Numbered from the stretch's first letter, positions 1 through 14,070 are shown. The stretch: DNA of 64,000 nucleotides from Hamiltosporidium tvaerminnensis FI-OER-3-3 (GCA_022605425.2 CM061251.1:930001-994000), one strand, 5' to 3'. Numbers and translations are program-made. Notes: a model not told the origin generated them from the sequence alone.

Positions 1-1400
1 CAGTGTCTACCCTTCAACATTTGACCGACATTTGAAGTTTCTAAATAATTAAAAAAATCTATCGTGACTTATGAAAATCTTAATAGAAGTAAAAAATTTA
101 TAAACTTAAAGTGAAAATACCCATAAAGGATGCGAGATATATTAGAACTTGTCTAATATGCATCACTATATGTAATTTGAAAACCGATATTTAAGATATA
201 TGCAAAGATATGCTTTGTTATAGAATATAACGAATTTACTTGCATTCACCTTAATATATCTTCTTAGATAATACAATACGAAAATGGCTATATTTCAGTT
301 TAAATGAAGCATTGGATGATTTCCAATATGATGCATGTACTTTTTCATACAGATATATAGTAAATATATAATGCGCAGTACATAATAAAAACAAATTAAA
401 TCCTTTAATTGCTTTTTAAAGATTATTTCGACGTATATGAATATAATTTTAAAAAATAAAGTTCGTTTAAAAAAGCTAAGGCAATACATTTTACTTTAAT
501 TGTATATAGAGCTCATATTGAAAGATAAATTTAATTTTTTCTAAATCCATTCAATAAAAACCAGAAAACTATTGAAACTAAAAATATTTTTGAAAAAATT
601 AGATTTAAAAGTTTCTTCGTATTAAGCTTTGATATTTGAAATGCATAGATGCAATCTTATGCAAGGTATAGTTTTTTTATGTTAATTCTGGTTTGCATAG
701 CCTTATGGCTCAAATAATTATGTTTTTTTATTGGAACGAATATACTTTTAAAAATAAAATACTACATATGCTTAAATTTATTTCTTTTCTTTATTTTTCA
801 ATTAAATATTCAAAGGAATGAATAAAATAGTCAAGTATTGTGTATTTTAACCTTAGAAATCTTGATTCTATTTTATAGTAAGTTTTACGTGTATTAATTA
901 TAGTATTACTAATATACAATTTTAAACCTACATTTAAGTAATGAATTTTTATAAAACTAAGAATTATGATACGTTGAAAAATTACCTTAATAGTTTTTTA
1001 CTTTATTAAAATTTAGAAAATCTAAAAATAAATTAAAAATATTCTTAAAAACGTAATGAAAACATTAATTTCCACAGAAAATTCTAAAAAACTTATTAAA
1101 ATAAAAAATGGTTTCAATTATCAATTGCTCATACTTATACTAGTTAAACAATAGGTTTTTTAAAATTCTTGGAAATATATATTTAAAGTTGATAAAGCAA
1201 ATTTTTAAAACAGAAGAATGTGTCACAAATTATTTTAATACACACAATTGTTTTTAAAAGAAGAACTTCAATAAAAAAGTTTTCTTTTTTATTTCTTGCA
1301 AATTACTTTAATTTTTCATAAGTTTACGATGATGCTGAATTACAATCTTTAAGAAATATCTAGAATAGACTTCAAAAAGAAAAAAGATAAAAAATTTACT
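1..1400 (-). pseudogene. Degenerate family gene F1 (runs off the left edge), paralogous to ~32055-33350
   Basis: Colinear nucleotide similarity with ~32055-33350 (shared atgcgagatatat, tgatttccaa.atgat, gaaatatatatttaaa, atgatgct.aatta). The minus-strand peptide FITFLRIF...LDFL resembles the N-terminal motif seen in other copies. Confidence 0.6.
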
Positions 1401-1599
1401 AAGATTAGATTCGAAACAGCTTAAAACGAATATAATGTATCTCAACCCTTATTTTTTTAGATCAGTTTTTTTTTATGCTGAGTAAATAAAATTCTGAATT
1501 TACAAATATACAAATTCAAATTTGATTTTTATTTTGTTTTTTAGAAAAATACAATTTTAAAAAATATTTTAATCAATTAGAACATCGATTTTCAATGAG

Positions 1600-4500
1600 A
1601 GATTGATAACATAAAAGTATGCTTTGTAATAAAACTTTAAAGTTTTTCAATGCTTTTAAAACTACTTTTGCCTTGGATTTAAATTACAAAAAAATAAAAT
1701 TTGATTCTTTGCTACGAAGTATTTTAAATTCCTATTTTATTAGAAAAAAATATCTTGTACGGATTAGTATAAAAATACTAACAAATTTAAATTACAATTA
1801 GATAATTCGAATGTTAAAATGACTAATTAGTAATTAATTAAAGTTATATTTAGTAACTGTTAAAAATTTATATATTTTATAAAAGAAAAGAGAATATTTA
1901 AACATTTCTTAAAATATACATTTTCTTTTATTTTTATAAGAAAAATCTGAAACAGAAAAATTTTAGGATACAAAAAGAAATTTTCATTTCAAATTGTTTA
2001 CAATAAATTAGTAGATATAAAAAAAGATCAAAAATGATACTTATATATCTAGAAATGAATATATAATAGAAAAAATAGAGTATTGAACAATTTATTTATG
2101 ATATCTTGATAAGGTATAATAATATTTTATTCTCATCTAAGGTGCATTTTTTGCTTATTAGAAAACATTTAGAGTAAATTTATTAATTAGCTCTAGATTT
2201 CGTAAAGAACTTAAAAATTATATAAAAAAAGTAAAAATCTGCAATGATACCTAATCAAGTAAAGACAATATCGAAAACTCTGCAAATAATTAAACTTATT
2301 TCAAATTTTTAGATAAAGATATACACTAAGAATATTAATATAGAGAGATACACGGAATTTAGTAAATCTCTTTTTTGATCAATTTGTTTAATCAACAAAT
2401 TTAAAGCAAAAACTCTAATAAAAATCAATTTCATTAACATAATTAATATTATTCAGTATATATAATAACTCATTTCGTATTAGAATAATAAATAAAAAAT
2501 ATATTTTTTTGTAAATTGGTTTAATATATATATTTATATTTTTCCCAGTTGCTTCTATAATGTATTAAATAAGTAAGTAGCGATTTTAAAGGTAAATTAT
2601 AACAGCAAAAAAATTAAAAATATTTAGAATTCGGTTTAATATATTCCCAGGACATGAAAATTTAAATTTCATAACATTATTGCACATAATTAAAATTTAA
2701 ATTATATATGATAGTTACAAAATAAATTATGATACAGCAAATAAATATAGCATTTATTCTTAAAAAAAAGTAAGCAACGACTAAATGGATAATCTTAAAA
2801 CAAGAAAGATATATATATATGATAATAAAAAATTAATATCACTTTATGTACAATTAGGTGTAATCTTCTTAGAATAACTTTGATGTTTGATTCGACTTCG
2901 CATTATGTCTCTTAATTTTGAACAAATATTAATACATTTCGAAAAAAAATCCCCAACAAATACTTCATAAATTTATTTTATCCAATATCTCTTGATATAT
3001 ATCATCTTTCCTTATTATATCATAATTTTACGGTCATTAGTGTATTAAGATGGCTTACATAAATTTAGATATCTGTAAAGAACTTAAAATTGGGCTTAGA
3101 TAAAAAACAAGTAATGAAAGAAAGTATAAAATTTAAACTCGACCCTAATTCATTTATAAAAAACGCTATACAGACCAAAATATGTAAAAAAAAGAAGAAA
3201 ATAACATTAAAATAATCTAAAATATTATATTCTTTATGAATGATTTAATCTAAAAGAAATAAAAAATACTTAAATCGAATTTCACTGATAAATCTAATAA
3301 TCCTTAGAACATTTTTTTTAGTTAAAGATCAATTTATAAATGAAAAGCTAATCGTAATAATTACGTAGTTCTCTTTTCATTCTAAAACAACTCTATATAT
3401 TTTACATCACTCTTTACTCTGTACTGCTAAAAATCTTTTATAAAATCAAAAGAATTAAAAACTCATATTCCTTACTAAATCCTGACCCAATTTTAAATAT
3501 ATATTATAGCATTTACCAAAGAAAAACTAATGAATTAGGATACTAAGTACACTCAAATTTACCAATCTATTTAAACCGATTAAAATATTTTATTTAATTT
3601 TTTTTTAAAAAATATTATAGCCTGCCAATGTAATAAAACGAAATTTTAAAATTTCTTAAATGATATTACTTGTTTCTTGAAAATATAAATGAAAAATAGA
3701 AAGTTCTGTACAACAAATATAAAATGAAGAATATGAATAATATTAGATTAATGCGCGTACGTTTTAAATGTGTGCGATAAACCGAATATTTTATTATGGA
3801 AATTGAGTTTTTTGTTTCAGAAAAGTTGAAATAATACAAGAAAAAGTATTTAAGATTCTAATAAAATTTCTCTTGTATAGAATATATAATGATTACCTTC
3901 TTAATGCGATTAATATTGAGAAGTCTCTTAAAAAGATAGTAAAGAAAAATCGAAAGGTTATTATATGACTAGTAATTTAGTAGGGGCGAAATACCAACAA
4001 CATTGTAGCTGTAAACCTTAATAATCTTAGATCAGACATTTTAATAAAGAATTTTTATACCTTACACATTTTAATTCTAGATGATGACTAAACTTGAGTT
4101 AAATACAGGTATTTGTAGCATAAGAATATTTAAATTTAGATATAACGAAGATTGATACTCGTAAAATTAAAAATTTGAGAATTTTCAAATAAGTCAGCAA
4201 GATAAATAAAAAATTTCAAATTTAGAAACTTCTATGTAATAAGGATACTATCCTTGTAAAATAGATTTAGTTAAATGCTTAAAATTTGGCAGTAAAATTG
4301 TTTTTATAAAAAACATGCATCAAAATACAGATTAAGCCTTCAAAATAAATTAAAGAATATTTATATACCATTCTATATCTTTTTTGCTATTATTTCCAAG
4401 TGAATAATATTTTACATTTATATTTTCTTGGTTAACTTAAACTATTAAGCAAAATGAGTACGAAAATTCTTCATATTTAATTTCTAAAACATATTATGAT

Positions 4501-5500
4501 TCTATATTATCGTTCTTGTTTTTAACGTATTTCTTCACGATTGTTCTGTCTCTTGTAATATTTATTAAACTTTAGTAAAGATTTGTTCAAAGAAAAGAAT
4601 GATAAATGATTTAAAATAATTAACAAAATTTTTAGTTTAGATAGCTTTATATTTTAAAGTAAGATTTAAGAAAATGAATTCATTTTAATAAAATGCTTAA
4701 AAATTTATTATAAGAATATAATATATAAATTTTAAACTTAAAGAAAATTTCTATAGTAGAGTCTATTTTAATAGAAAATATTTTAACCCGTATGAATTTT
4801 AACAGCTGTAAATTTTATTTGCTTGAAAAGTAACATTTATAACAAGAATGATCTGAGTTTATTTAGTTGCGAATCATAACGAATAAAATTAAACATTTTT
4901 TTTTATTATTGCAAACCCTATGATTCTTACTATGGCTAGATTTCTCAACTAAGATTCCAATATTACTTTTATCAAATTATTTATAGTCTTACAGAATACG
5001 CCAAATATATGATGGTCTTTATAAAATATATTTGTTATATAATAGTAATTCCTATAATTTAATGTACTATAAAGGGATCTATTAGTTTATTTAGATTAAA
5101 AATATAGAATTCTGGTCATATAAATGAAATAAATAAAAAGCCATATTCTTGGAGTATATAGTATATAAAAGAAACCAGAATAAATCATGGCTGACTTCTC
5201 TTTACATGTTTATGGAAGAAAATTTATGATAACTCTAATAAAATGCTAAAAAGGGCCTCCTAGCTTTTAAAGCCAAAATATTGACGAATATCAAATATTA
5301 AATTACAAGTCAAAATATTTTGGATAGATCAGAAAGAAATTAAATAAAATATTTAATAGATAAAAAAACTCTACAATGCGAATTTAAACATCTTTCGTTT
5401 ATTAAACGTACATTAAAGAATAATATTTCAGTTTTTTCAATCAGTACAAAACACAAAAAATTTGCTATAAACTAAGAAATAATTAAAATCAAATTCAATT
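1600..5500 (+). pseudogene. Degenerate LRR-like coding remnant(s), probably 1-2 genes
   Basis: Plus-strand fragments TYFKFLDKDI (~2294-2323), AVNLNNLRSDI (~4008-4040) and KIKNLRIFK (~4163-4189). No close paralogue in the window; boundaries uncertain. Confidence 0.35.
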
Positions 5501-6449
5501 TATAAATATACTTTATTTAATTCGTAAAATGAGTTCGAACAAGATAGAATTTTTACTTTTAAAAAAAAATTTATAAAAGAAGAGAAGATTTAAGTGTATG
5601 AGTCCAAACACCATTAAGGTACCACAAAAAATAATAAAAAGTGAAAATATAAATATAATCCAATGTTTTCATTTCTACGCAATAGATTTTTGCAAAGTAA
5701 TTCTAAGGAATGTAAAATTTACGAGAGTAAATAATGCTCAGAAATTTAGTAAGAGTTCTTTGCGAAAGTATTTATCAAAAAACCTTTAAGTGTTAGGTGT
5801 AATATGTTCTAAAATATATGTACAACCAGTAAGACATTTATTAGAAAAAAAACATCACACAAATCACACGTGGCTCTTAAACAGATAGGGTCGCAATACT
5901 AATATTAGATTCGGATCTAATTCAGATGTATGTATGTTGAAACATTTCATGTTAAAAACATTATTGATTTGAGCGTAATATACCAAATTATGATATAAAG
6001 AAATTCGATATATTTTATATTCATTCTTAGATTACAAAGTTTTAATTTTAGAAGGAGTTAAATTGACAGTAGTGCCCGAGGAAAAAATAAAGCAGCACAA
6101 CCAGAAAATAGTAAAAACTAGGTTAGAGTTGCATATATGCTGGATTGCACGGAAATACCCTGAAAATCATTTTTTTTTCGTAGAAATAATAACTAAATTT
6201 TCAACATTATGTTTTTACTGTAAATTTACAACGAATAATGAGATTGAAATTATTACATGCTTAGTATTTAGGTTATGATGAAAATTTAGGTACAATAACA
6301 ATCGTTATATAAGAATGGAATCCTTATATTGCCATATAATCGCCAAGAAATAATAACTCCTAAATTTATCGGATATTATATTTTAGATGAAGATATCTAA
6401 ACAGTTATACTGCTCATGACTAAGTTCGATTTCCCCGATCTTTTCTGTA

Positions 6450-7050
6450 TTACCTTCTGCTCATTCTAGCCGTTTCAATATTAAACCAACTACTTTGTAA
6501 CACTTAGAAATTTTTTAAAAATAATTTTCTAATTTATTTTATTCCAAAAATACTATTATTATAATTCGTTCTAAATTTAACCAGATGCGAGACATTAAAA
6601 ATAATGTCTTGATTGTGATTTTTCACCGGAGTTTGCAAGACTAGACAAATTTTTTTTATATTTCTAGAATCAAGAGAGCATTTATCATAAAAAAGCCAAA
6701 TTTGAAATCAAATAATATAAGATACAGACTTAAGGTCATGTCCCTTTACTTCGATAGAATCTAAAATTCTGAGAAAAAAGAGTACCAGATTTCTATTATT
6801 TTTTCGAATGCTTATTAATAATTTAGTTGGAAAAGGAAAATTTTTTCTTATATAAAAACTTATCCATTTAGAATTAAGTAGTTCATTAAAACTTGCAAAA
6901 AATGGATTTTTCAACAAAAACAAACCACTTTATGCTTAAAAGAGATAATATTAACAGTAATGTCTAATATGTTTTATTTCCTTTCAGAAAAAGTGAGCAA
7001 GTGATTAAAAGCCGTATTCTAAATTAATTAGGCAATATTTTGAATAAGGT
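6450..7050 (-). pseudogene. N-terminal fragment of a family-like gene
   Basis: ORF 6708-6923 contains NLVLFFLRILDSIEVK, similar to the FITFLRIF...LDFL motif in F1. Confidence 0.35.
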
Positions 7051-10000
7051 TGATTAACACCATATAGAAAATTACAAATAAAAGAATATCTGTTTTTAAT
7101 AAAAAATTTTCAAGCATTTCGTTCAAACCTAAGAAATCTTTCTATAGATCACTAAAAGTCTTTTTTTCAATTTTACCTGATTAATATAAATAAATAAATT
7201 ATTTTTTAGTAATAATCCTATCGATTTTTTCCAAAGATTTTAAATAAATTGGGCTTATTAACCTTAAGGTTTTAGACTTTTACAATTATAGGAATGCTAA
7301 GAGTATATTTTTTTTGATTTTTAAAGAATATTGAAATTCAAAAAAGAAAAAAATTGTAGAACTAATTTTTTAAAATCTAGTTTTTTAATTTTATACTCCT
7401 CTTTTTTATTTACTTCAAAATTAAATCATCATATATTACATTCAGGAATTTATGTGTAAACGAACTAAATATTTCGAAAATTTAAAAAAGAAATAGATTC
7501 ATAGATCTACTGTAGAAGCAAATTTCATAATTCTAACGATTTAAAATTTTTTAAACCAACCGTATTAAATCTTAGAATTCTTATATTCTAACGAGAGAAC
7601 TCTGTATCTTTCTATATATCTTTCCTTAATATTTCAAAAGCTATAGCAAATATTTTTATAAAAAATACTATTCCCTTGGTTTGATTCAATATGCTATTTT
7701 CAGAAGCAATAAAAAATGTAAAAGAGTCTGGTTTCAGCATTGCCATTTCAAAGCTACAATGGTGTGTTAACATGACATCTTAAAATAGAAATACAATAAA
7801 GTGTTGTTTCAAACATTTTTATTTTATCATCATAGTAATGTTTCAAATATATTTTTTAATAAAATCTATTTTATTTCTTTCTAATTATTCTCAAAACATA
7901 TTTTAAAACGCAAATTTATTTTCATTCATAAGATATTACTTTGTTTTTGGAATATGGTGATATAGATTTTTAATTTAATAAATATATTTTCACATAATTT
8001 TTATTAAAGCCGAAATCATTTAAAGCCAAGAAAACAATTCTTTGGGTTTTATATATGTTTGGAACGAAAATCAACCAATAACCCATGCTTTAGGCTAATA
8101 AAAGTAAAAATAATTCCAAGACATTTAAAATAACTTCTTTGTCACCAAAATTTTTCGCCTGAATTATTTTTATAATTTAATAGATTCTTCTTAAAGCAGG
8201 TTTAAAACAATAATATAGTGTTAGTTGCGAATACATACATGGGTTTATTTGAAAATATAAGAGCAAATATTATATGATATAACCAAATATAAAATCTATA
8301 ATGACTCTAAATTTTGTAACCAAGGAGTTTCTGAATGATTATTTTTCGGCAACTAAACAATCTCTGGACACATTTTTCTCGATGATTGAACCAGAACCAT
8401 ACTTTTAAGCAGATTATAAGAAAATGAATAATATTTGAATCTTCATATTACTGGTACGCCTAAATATTTAAATTTGACAGATATTTCGTAAATATGACAA
8501 TTGAAATTAAAATTACTCTGCAGCATCACTAATTTATCTTTATACAAATGGCTTTGCCTCTAAACATATGGCTTGGCATCATCATGTATTGATATCTATA
8601 TTATTAGAAAAGAGACAAAGAAGACCCTTTCTCATTAAATTTTACATTTTTTAGGATTGCATGGTTTTATGAATGTAACTCTTAAAAATATTTTGTATTC
8701 ATAATTTTATTATTTGCTCTACTGAAACAAATTATACAATCAGAATCAATAAATCATAGCTCTTAAAAACAATATAAGTACTATTCATGATTATATGTCC
8801 AAAATCAATACAATGAATCGATAACCTGTTATTTTTATACCCTTAAAATATTTTTAAAACGTTTTTGAATTACAAAGAATCTTATATGACTGTTACAAGA
8901 GCGGAAACCAAAATCTAAATTTCTCATATAGAAAGTATGTCTCCTATTCGAAATTATTTTTTGAAATCAAAAGATTCCAAACATATAATTTTTATTCGTT
9001 TGCAAATTCAAAAAATAAAATTCTAATATTTGTAAGATTTATTCTTTAAAATTTTAAATTTTTTTTTAGAAATATTTATGAAAAATTTATTAATTTAAAG
9101 AAATTACAAACGAACTTAAAATTCTTCTTTACGACTGAGATATATAATTTAAATTCTTATAACGTATTTCATACCACAGATTCATTGAAATGATTTTATT
9201 ATAAAGTTAAAATTCGTTATTAATTTTAGAACAAATTGCACATTTTAAAATAATATATACAGATAATAATTCGATTTTTTTTTGATTTTGAAATGCTTAA
9301 AGTATAGAAGTCGTTTCTAAAAGATGATACCTTTTTAAATTTTAGAATTAAAATTCAAAAATATTTAATTTAATATTTATTGAAATACCTATTATCAAAT
9401 TATATTCCTAAAAAGGTCTTAAATAGTATAGGCAATATATTAAGCCAGAAATTAATTGTAAAAGATTTCTTAATAGAATAAAATTTCATTTTTATTTTGT
9501 ATTGAGATTATTCTCTATTTCGAAATGGCTTTTTAAAATTTTTTCTATTTATTTTTTACAGAGTTTTACCCTAACGGTTTCGATATCCAAATATTTGTTA
9601 CTACAAAGGAATGAATCAAACAATATGACCAGAAAATGGAAAGCAGTAGAATAAGTGAGTAGCATGTGAATCAGGGATAATGCAATATTATTTAGTTTAT
9701 TCATGCAATAAGATGCTTTATCAGTTTTAAATACACTTAAAAATATTCTTGGTTGATATATTTACAATGGAAATAGATTTAAAATGTAAATTTCAAGTTT
9801 TAAATCCCTGGAAATAATATAATCAGATAAATAGAATTACCTCATTGACACTTATATTATTTATACAATCCCTTCTGCAAATATATCTAATCCTAAAACG
9901 AGTTCAAATTGTGTTGAATTAAAACTTTTTGGCTTGTGAAAGGAACTGATCCAAGGAAAAAGGAAGAATATGTAGTTAAGCTGATTGATGTCTAATGGGT

Positions 10001-12119
10001 TTTATTTATATACATCATGATCTAATCAATGTTTCAAAATCATTTTTCTTTTGATAATTTCAAAGTGTTTTTTATGAGAAATTTCGAGTTTTGCTATTTT
10101 GTAACAAAAGAGCAGAGTGAATCAAATTATTTCCATGATTTTCTAATTTGAATTTTAAAATGAAAAGTAGTAAAAAATACTTGATGATTGATATGATTGC
10201 AACAGAATCAAACTTCAAAAATATCTGTAAAGGTTTGTTCTATAGACTAAAGATTAAAATGGTTGTAAGGTTTTGCATGACAACTTATTTTTCAAAATTT
10301 CATAAGGAATGTATATTAAAATTCAATTTAGACAAAATTTAAGAAATATATAAAGAATTCATGCAATGTGTTCTTATTGAACAAATAATTTATCACTCAT
10401 CTAAAGAAATTATTTATATAGAACGTAGAAATAACTGTTTAAGCAGTATGAAAATGAATATACAGATTGATGACTGGCAAAGAATCTTTTTAATTTTGTA
10501 AAGATATTTCATACTTTCTTTAAGCTTAATAAAATCGCAATCTATTTAAATAAAAAATAATTCTTCTATTTTATTTTTTTTATGGTTTTCTTGTTTGTGC
10601 TATGAATTTATACGTTAATCCTACTTTTCTTTAAGATTAAAATTCGGTATTTTTAAAAGGCTTCTCATTTATATTTCATAGCTCGATAATTTAGAGGTGT
10701 ATTTAAAAAAATATTGTCTCCAATTTATAAAAATATAATAAAAGTCCAAGTTTCAATTAATTTCCTTCTTAGCCTTTTATTTTTTTAGTTCTTATTCGTA
10801 TTTGTTTTGACTTAGTCTCCACATCAGAAAAAAAAATATAATTTATCTTTAAGTTAACGTTTCCCGACTAACCTTCTATTGTTATAAGACTTAAGGCTGT
10901 AGCCATTTGACCTTACAAAATAAAGGTACATCTTATAGCTTGTGAAACGTAAGATTAGATTAACATTTTTATCGGATAATTATGATATTATACCAACGTG
11001 TTCTATCTATTTGTTTTTCTTTGAAATTTGATGAAAATGTGTTAAGTTATATTTGTCTACGAAAGATGCGATTTTTAAACATTAAACCCAAAATAATTTC
11101 GTCTTATTAATGCTTATATAAAGTAAAGTTAGCAATTACAAAATAAAAATTATATATTAAATATATAAATGCTACAAAGAAATACAAAAATGCCAAAAAA
11201 TTAAATTAAAGGTAAATGAAACTTGAAATATTCTATTTAAAACAAGAAAACATTTAATTTGAAACATATTCGATTTAATCTTTGCACGTACTTTTAAAAA
11301 CCATTTAATAAAAATTCTAACGATTTTAAAATACGAAGAAAAAAAAATGAAAATTTAAGAAAAAAAATTATATACAATGAATCTGAAGGTTTTTATTTCA
11401 CAAGTTAAGCCGTAGTTAAAGATTTTGTACAAATTTGGATTCTTCTTTTAACTATTTTGCAGTTTTCTTATTTTCTGGATATACATCATACTAAATAGGT
11501 ATGAAAGTAAGATATCTTTGAAATAAAAAATAATTGCAATTTGCTTTCTTTTAAAACATTCTTCGAGAATCTTTTAATGAGGAAATATAAGAGACAGCAA
11601 CGCCGAGAAAAAACTCATAATATTAGGATATATTTTTCATATGAAGTATTAGAAATTTGTGATAAATTTCATGCTTGAACCTTCTTTAAAAACCCTACAC
11701 ATCGTTCTAAATCATAAAAAAATTTGGTTAAAAAGGTTTTTTATTTTATAGTCACATTAAAATGAAATTAAGAGGTTTTGTAAGAAAATGTTTGATATTG
11801 GTAATAAAGATTTTGTAAAGGTACAGTTTCTAGTGTTTAGTAGATTTCGAATTTCTTTTTTGTTCGAAAGAAACGAAATCACAAATTATTGCAATTTTTA
11901 TGAAATTAGGTTAGAAAAAATATTTATTTAAAAATAAAACAACTTAATCCTAGAGCCTACATCTAACTCATATATCACAAATAAAAAATGTGTTTTTTTA
12001 CGTTAACAGAGAGCAGGTCAAGATAAATGACAAGAATAACATATTTGATTAAAATAAATAAAATTTATTAGTTTTTAAACTTTTTCGTCTTAATTTCACC
12101 AAATTATTTCATAATTTTC

Positions 12120-14070
12120 TTTATGTATACATCTTCATACCGAGTCCTTTCAAATTAGCAGTTGCTTCTATAATTGGGCTCTTTGCTTTGGGCTTATTGT
12201 AGTTGTAATTAAAGTTAATTATATTTTGGGTTATCTAGCAATATATTTTAGGTAAATTCATTCACTTGTTTAGTTAAATCCGACTTTAAAGAAGCTCGAT
12301 GATTTTTTTGATAGCACCCTTTGAATCATACTAGTAACACATGTAAATAACCTTACATATGCCTATTTTATAATCCAAATCAGCTTAGAAACTGTAAGAA
12401 ATAAAAATTAACCTTTAAATATTCTAATAAAATATATCAGTTGATTGTGGCATATGTTTATATGGCTTCTACATTAAGTTCAATCCTTCAAAATAAATGA
12501 AATATTCAGTTTCATGCTAACATATTCATAAATAACTTTTAAAAGATGCCACAACATTTAGCCTCCAACATTCATTATAGTTTTTAGTAATTTTTAACAT
12601 TCAATTGTCTTTCTTTTGTATTTAAGGAGACAAATCGTAATTTTGATATTATAATCTCTAAACGAACCAACAAAATCATAGAAATTTTATTTGTTGAATT
12701 ACAATACACGACTGATTTCATTAAAAAAATGGTTTTTTAACCTTCTCATTCAATCTCCTTATATTTATATATCAAAATATTATCAATATCTCCTAATTCA
12801 AATTAGTATAGTAGTTCCTCATTATGTAAAGACTTTTATTATATTTATATCTAATTAGCAAAATACATATTAAAAAAATAGTTATCAATTTGGTTTATAC
12901 TGAAATATATCTTTTAAAGATTCATTCTATATTTATACTAAATTAAAATTTTATCTATATGTTTTTTTATTCATTGAATTACTTTTTTTGTTAATCCGCA
13001 TTGCTTTATAAAAAAGTTAAAGATCTAAGAAAACCAAAAAAATACAGATTCTACATTAATTAAAAATCAGTTGTAGCGATTTTCTTTTATATAGATAAAT
13101 GATTTAAGCACATTAAAATTATCATTTACTTAATCTAAAAACAGTTATTGAAATCTGGTTTTAGAATAGAAATAGTATAATAAGAACAAGGTTACCAGTT
13201 CGAGACATTTTAGTATACTATCCTATTTATTTAATTTAATTCTTTAGATCTTTGCAGTAAGATAGTATATAATTCTGATAAGAAGACTTTACAAAATTGA
13301 AAACAATTTAATACATTTATAACTATGACAATTTAAGTTGGTTTACTCTGACTATATTTTACGAAATTAAATATATATTTATATGAATATATTGAGACGA
13401 ATGAAATCTTCAAAAAACTGCTTATAGATTGTATTAAACATAATAAATTAATCTCTTTATAAATCTATAAAATATTATCTATTTCAAGAAAGACAAAAGT
13501 ATTAATTTTCTGATAAATTCCATTAAAACTTCTATACATGATAAAAATACCTTTTCAAATGTACATTTTTCTTTCAAATATATTTATTTTTTTTTAAGTA
13601 ACATAAACAATACATTTATAATAATGCCTGGCATTTTGCTCAATTTAAAGGAAGGTAAGTAATTTGAGAATATGTAGAAATCTAAAGTTACGCATAAATA
13701 CCATATATGATTGATGTTTCTAACGATATACCGAGAGCTTTTCTGAACAATTTCACAAAATTTAATACGCCCATATTTAGACTGAACACAAGGTATAATA
13801 ACCAATATTGCAAAAACATGTTTTTAGATATCGAGATAAGGTTTTAAGAGTCTGAATATAATAAGTGAACATAAAAAAACATAAAATACCGTACACTCAA
13901 AAACTTCCAATTATGGTAAATTTTATAAGCTTATTAAGGTTAACCCCTTAAAATCGTATAAAAAGAGGAAATACTTAAATATATATTCCAATGTAACATA
14001 CTGACAAGATATAATGAATTATGAGATAGATGAATATAAAATTTTTAAAAATTCATTAAATAGGAATAAA
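12120..14070 (-). pseudogene. LRR-like family paralogue A (frameshifted; pseudogene or cryptogene)
   Basis: Colinear with copies B-E. Minus-strand peptide blocks include KHMPQSTDI (~12433-12459), YDSKGAIKKII, KSDL (~12275-12286), LKYI and EATANLKGLGMKMY. ORF 13584-13805 is one fragment. Confidence 0.75.

Noticed and set aside
12180-12480. Tiny spliceosomal introns as the cause of the frameshifts
   Set aside because: The spacers are only 1-11 nt and lack GT...AG ends.
13913-13938. Plus-strand ATG followed by a 21-23 nt GT...AG mini-intron in A-D
   Set aside because: Splicing gives an immediate stop in B and C (ATG ACT TAA) and very short ORFs in A and D; the coding signal is on the minus strand.
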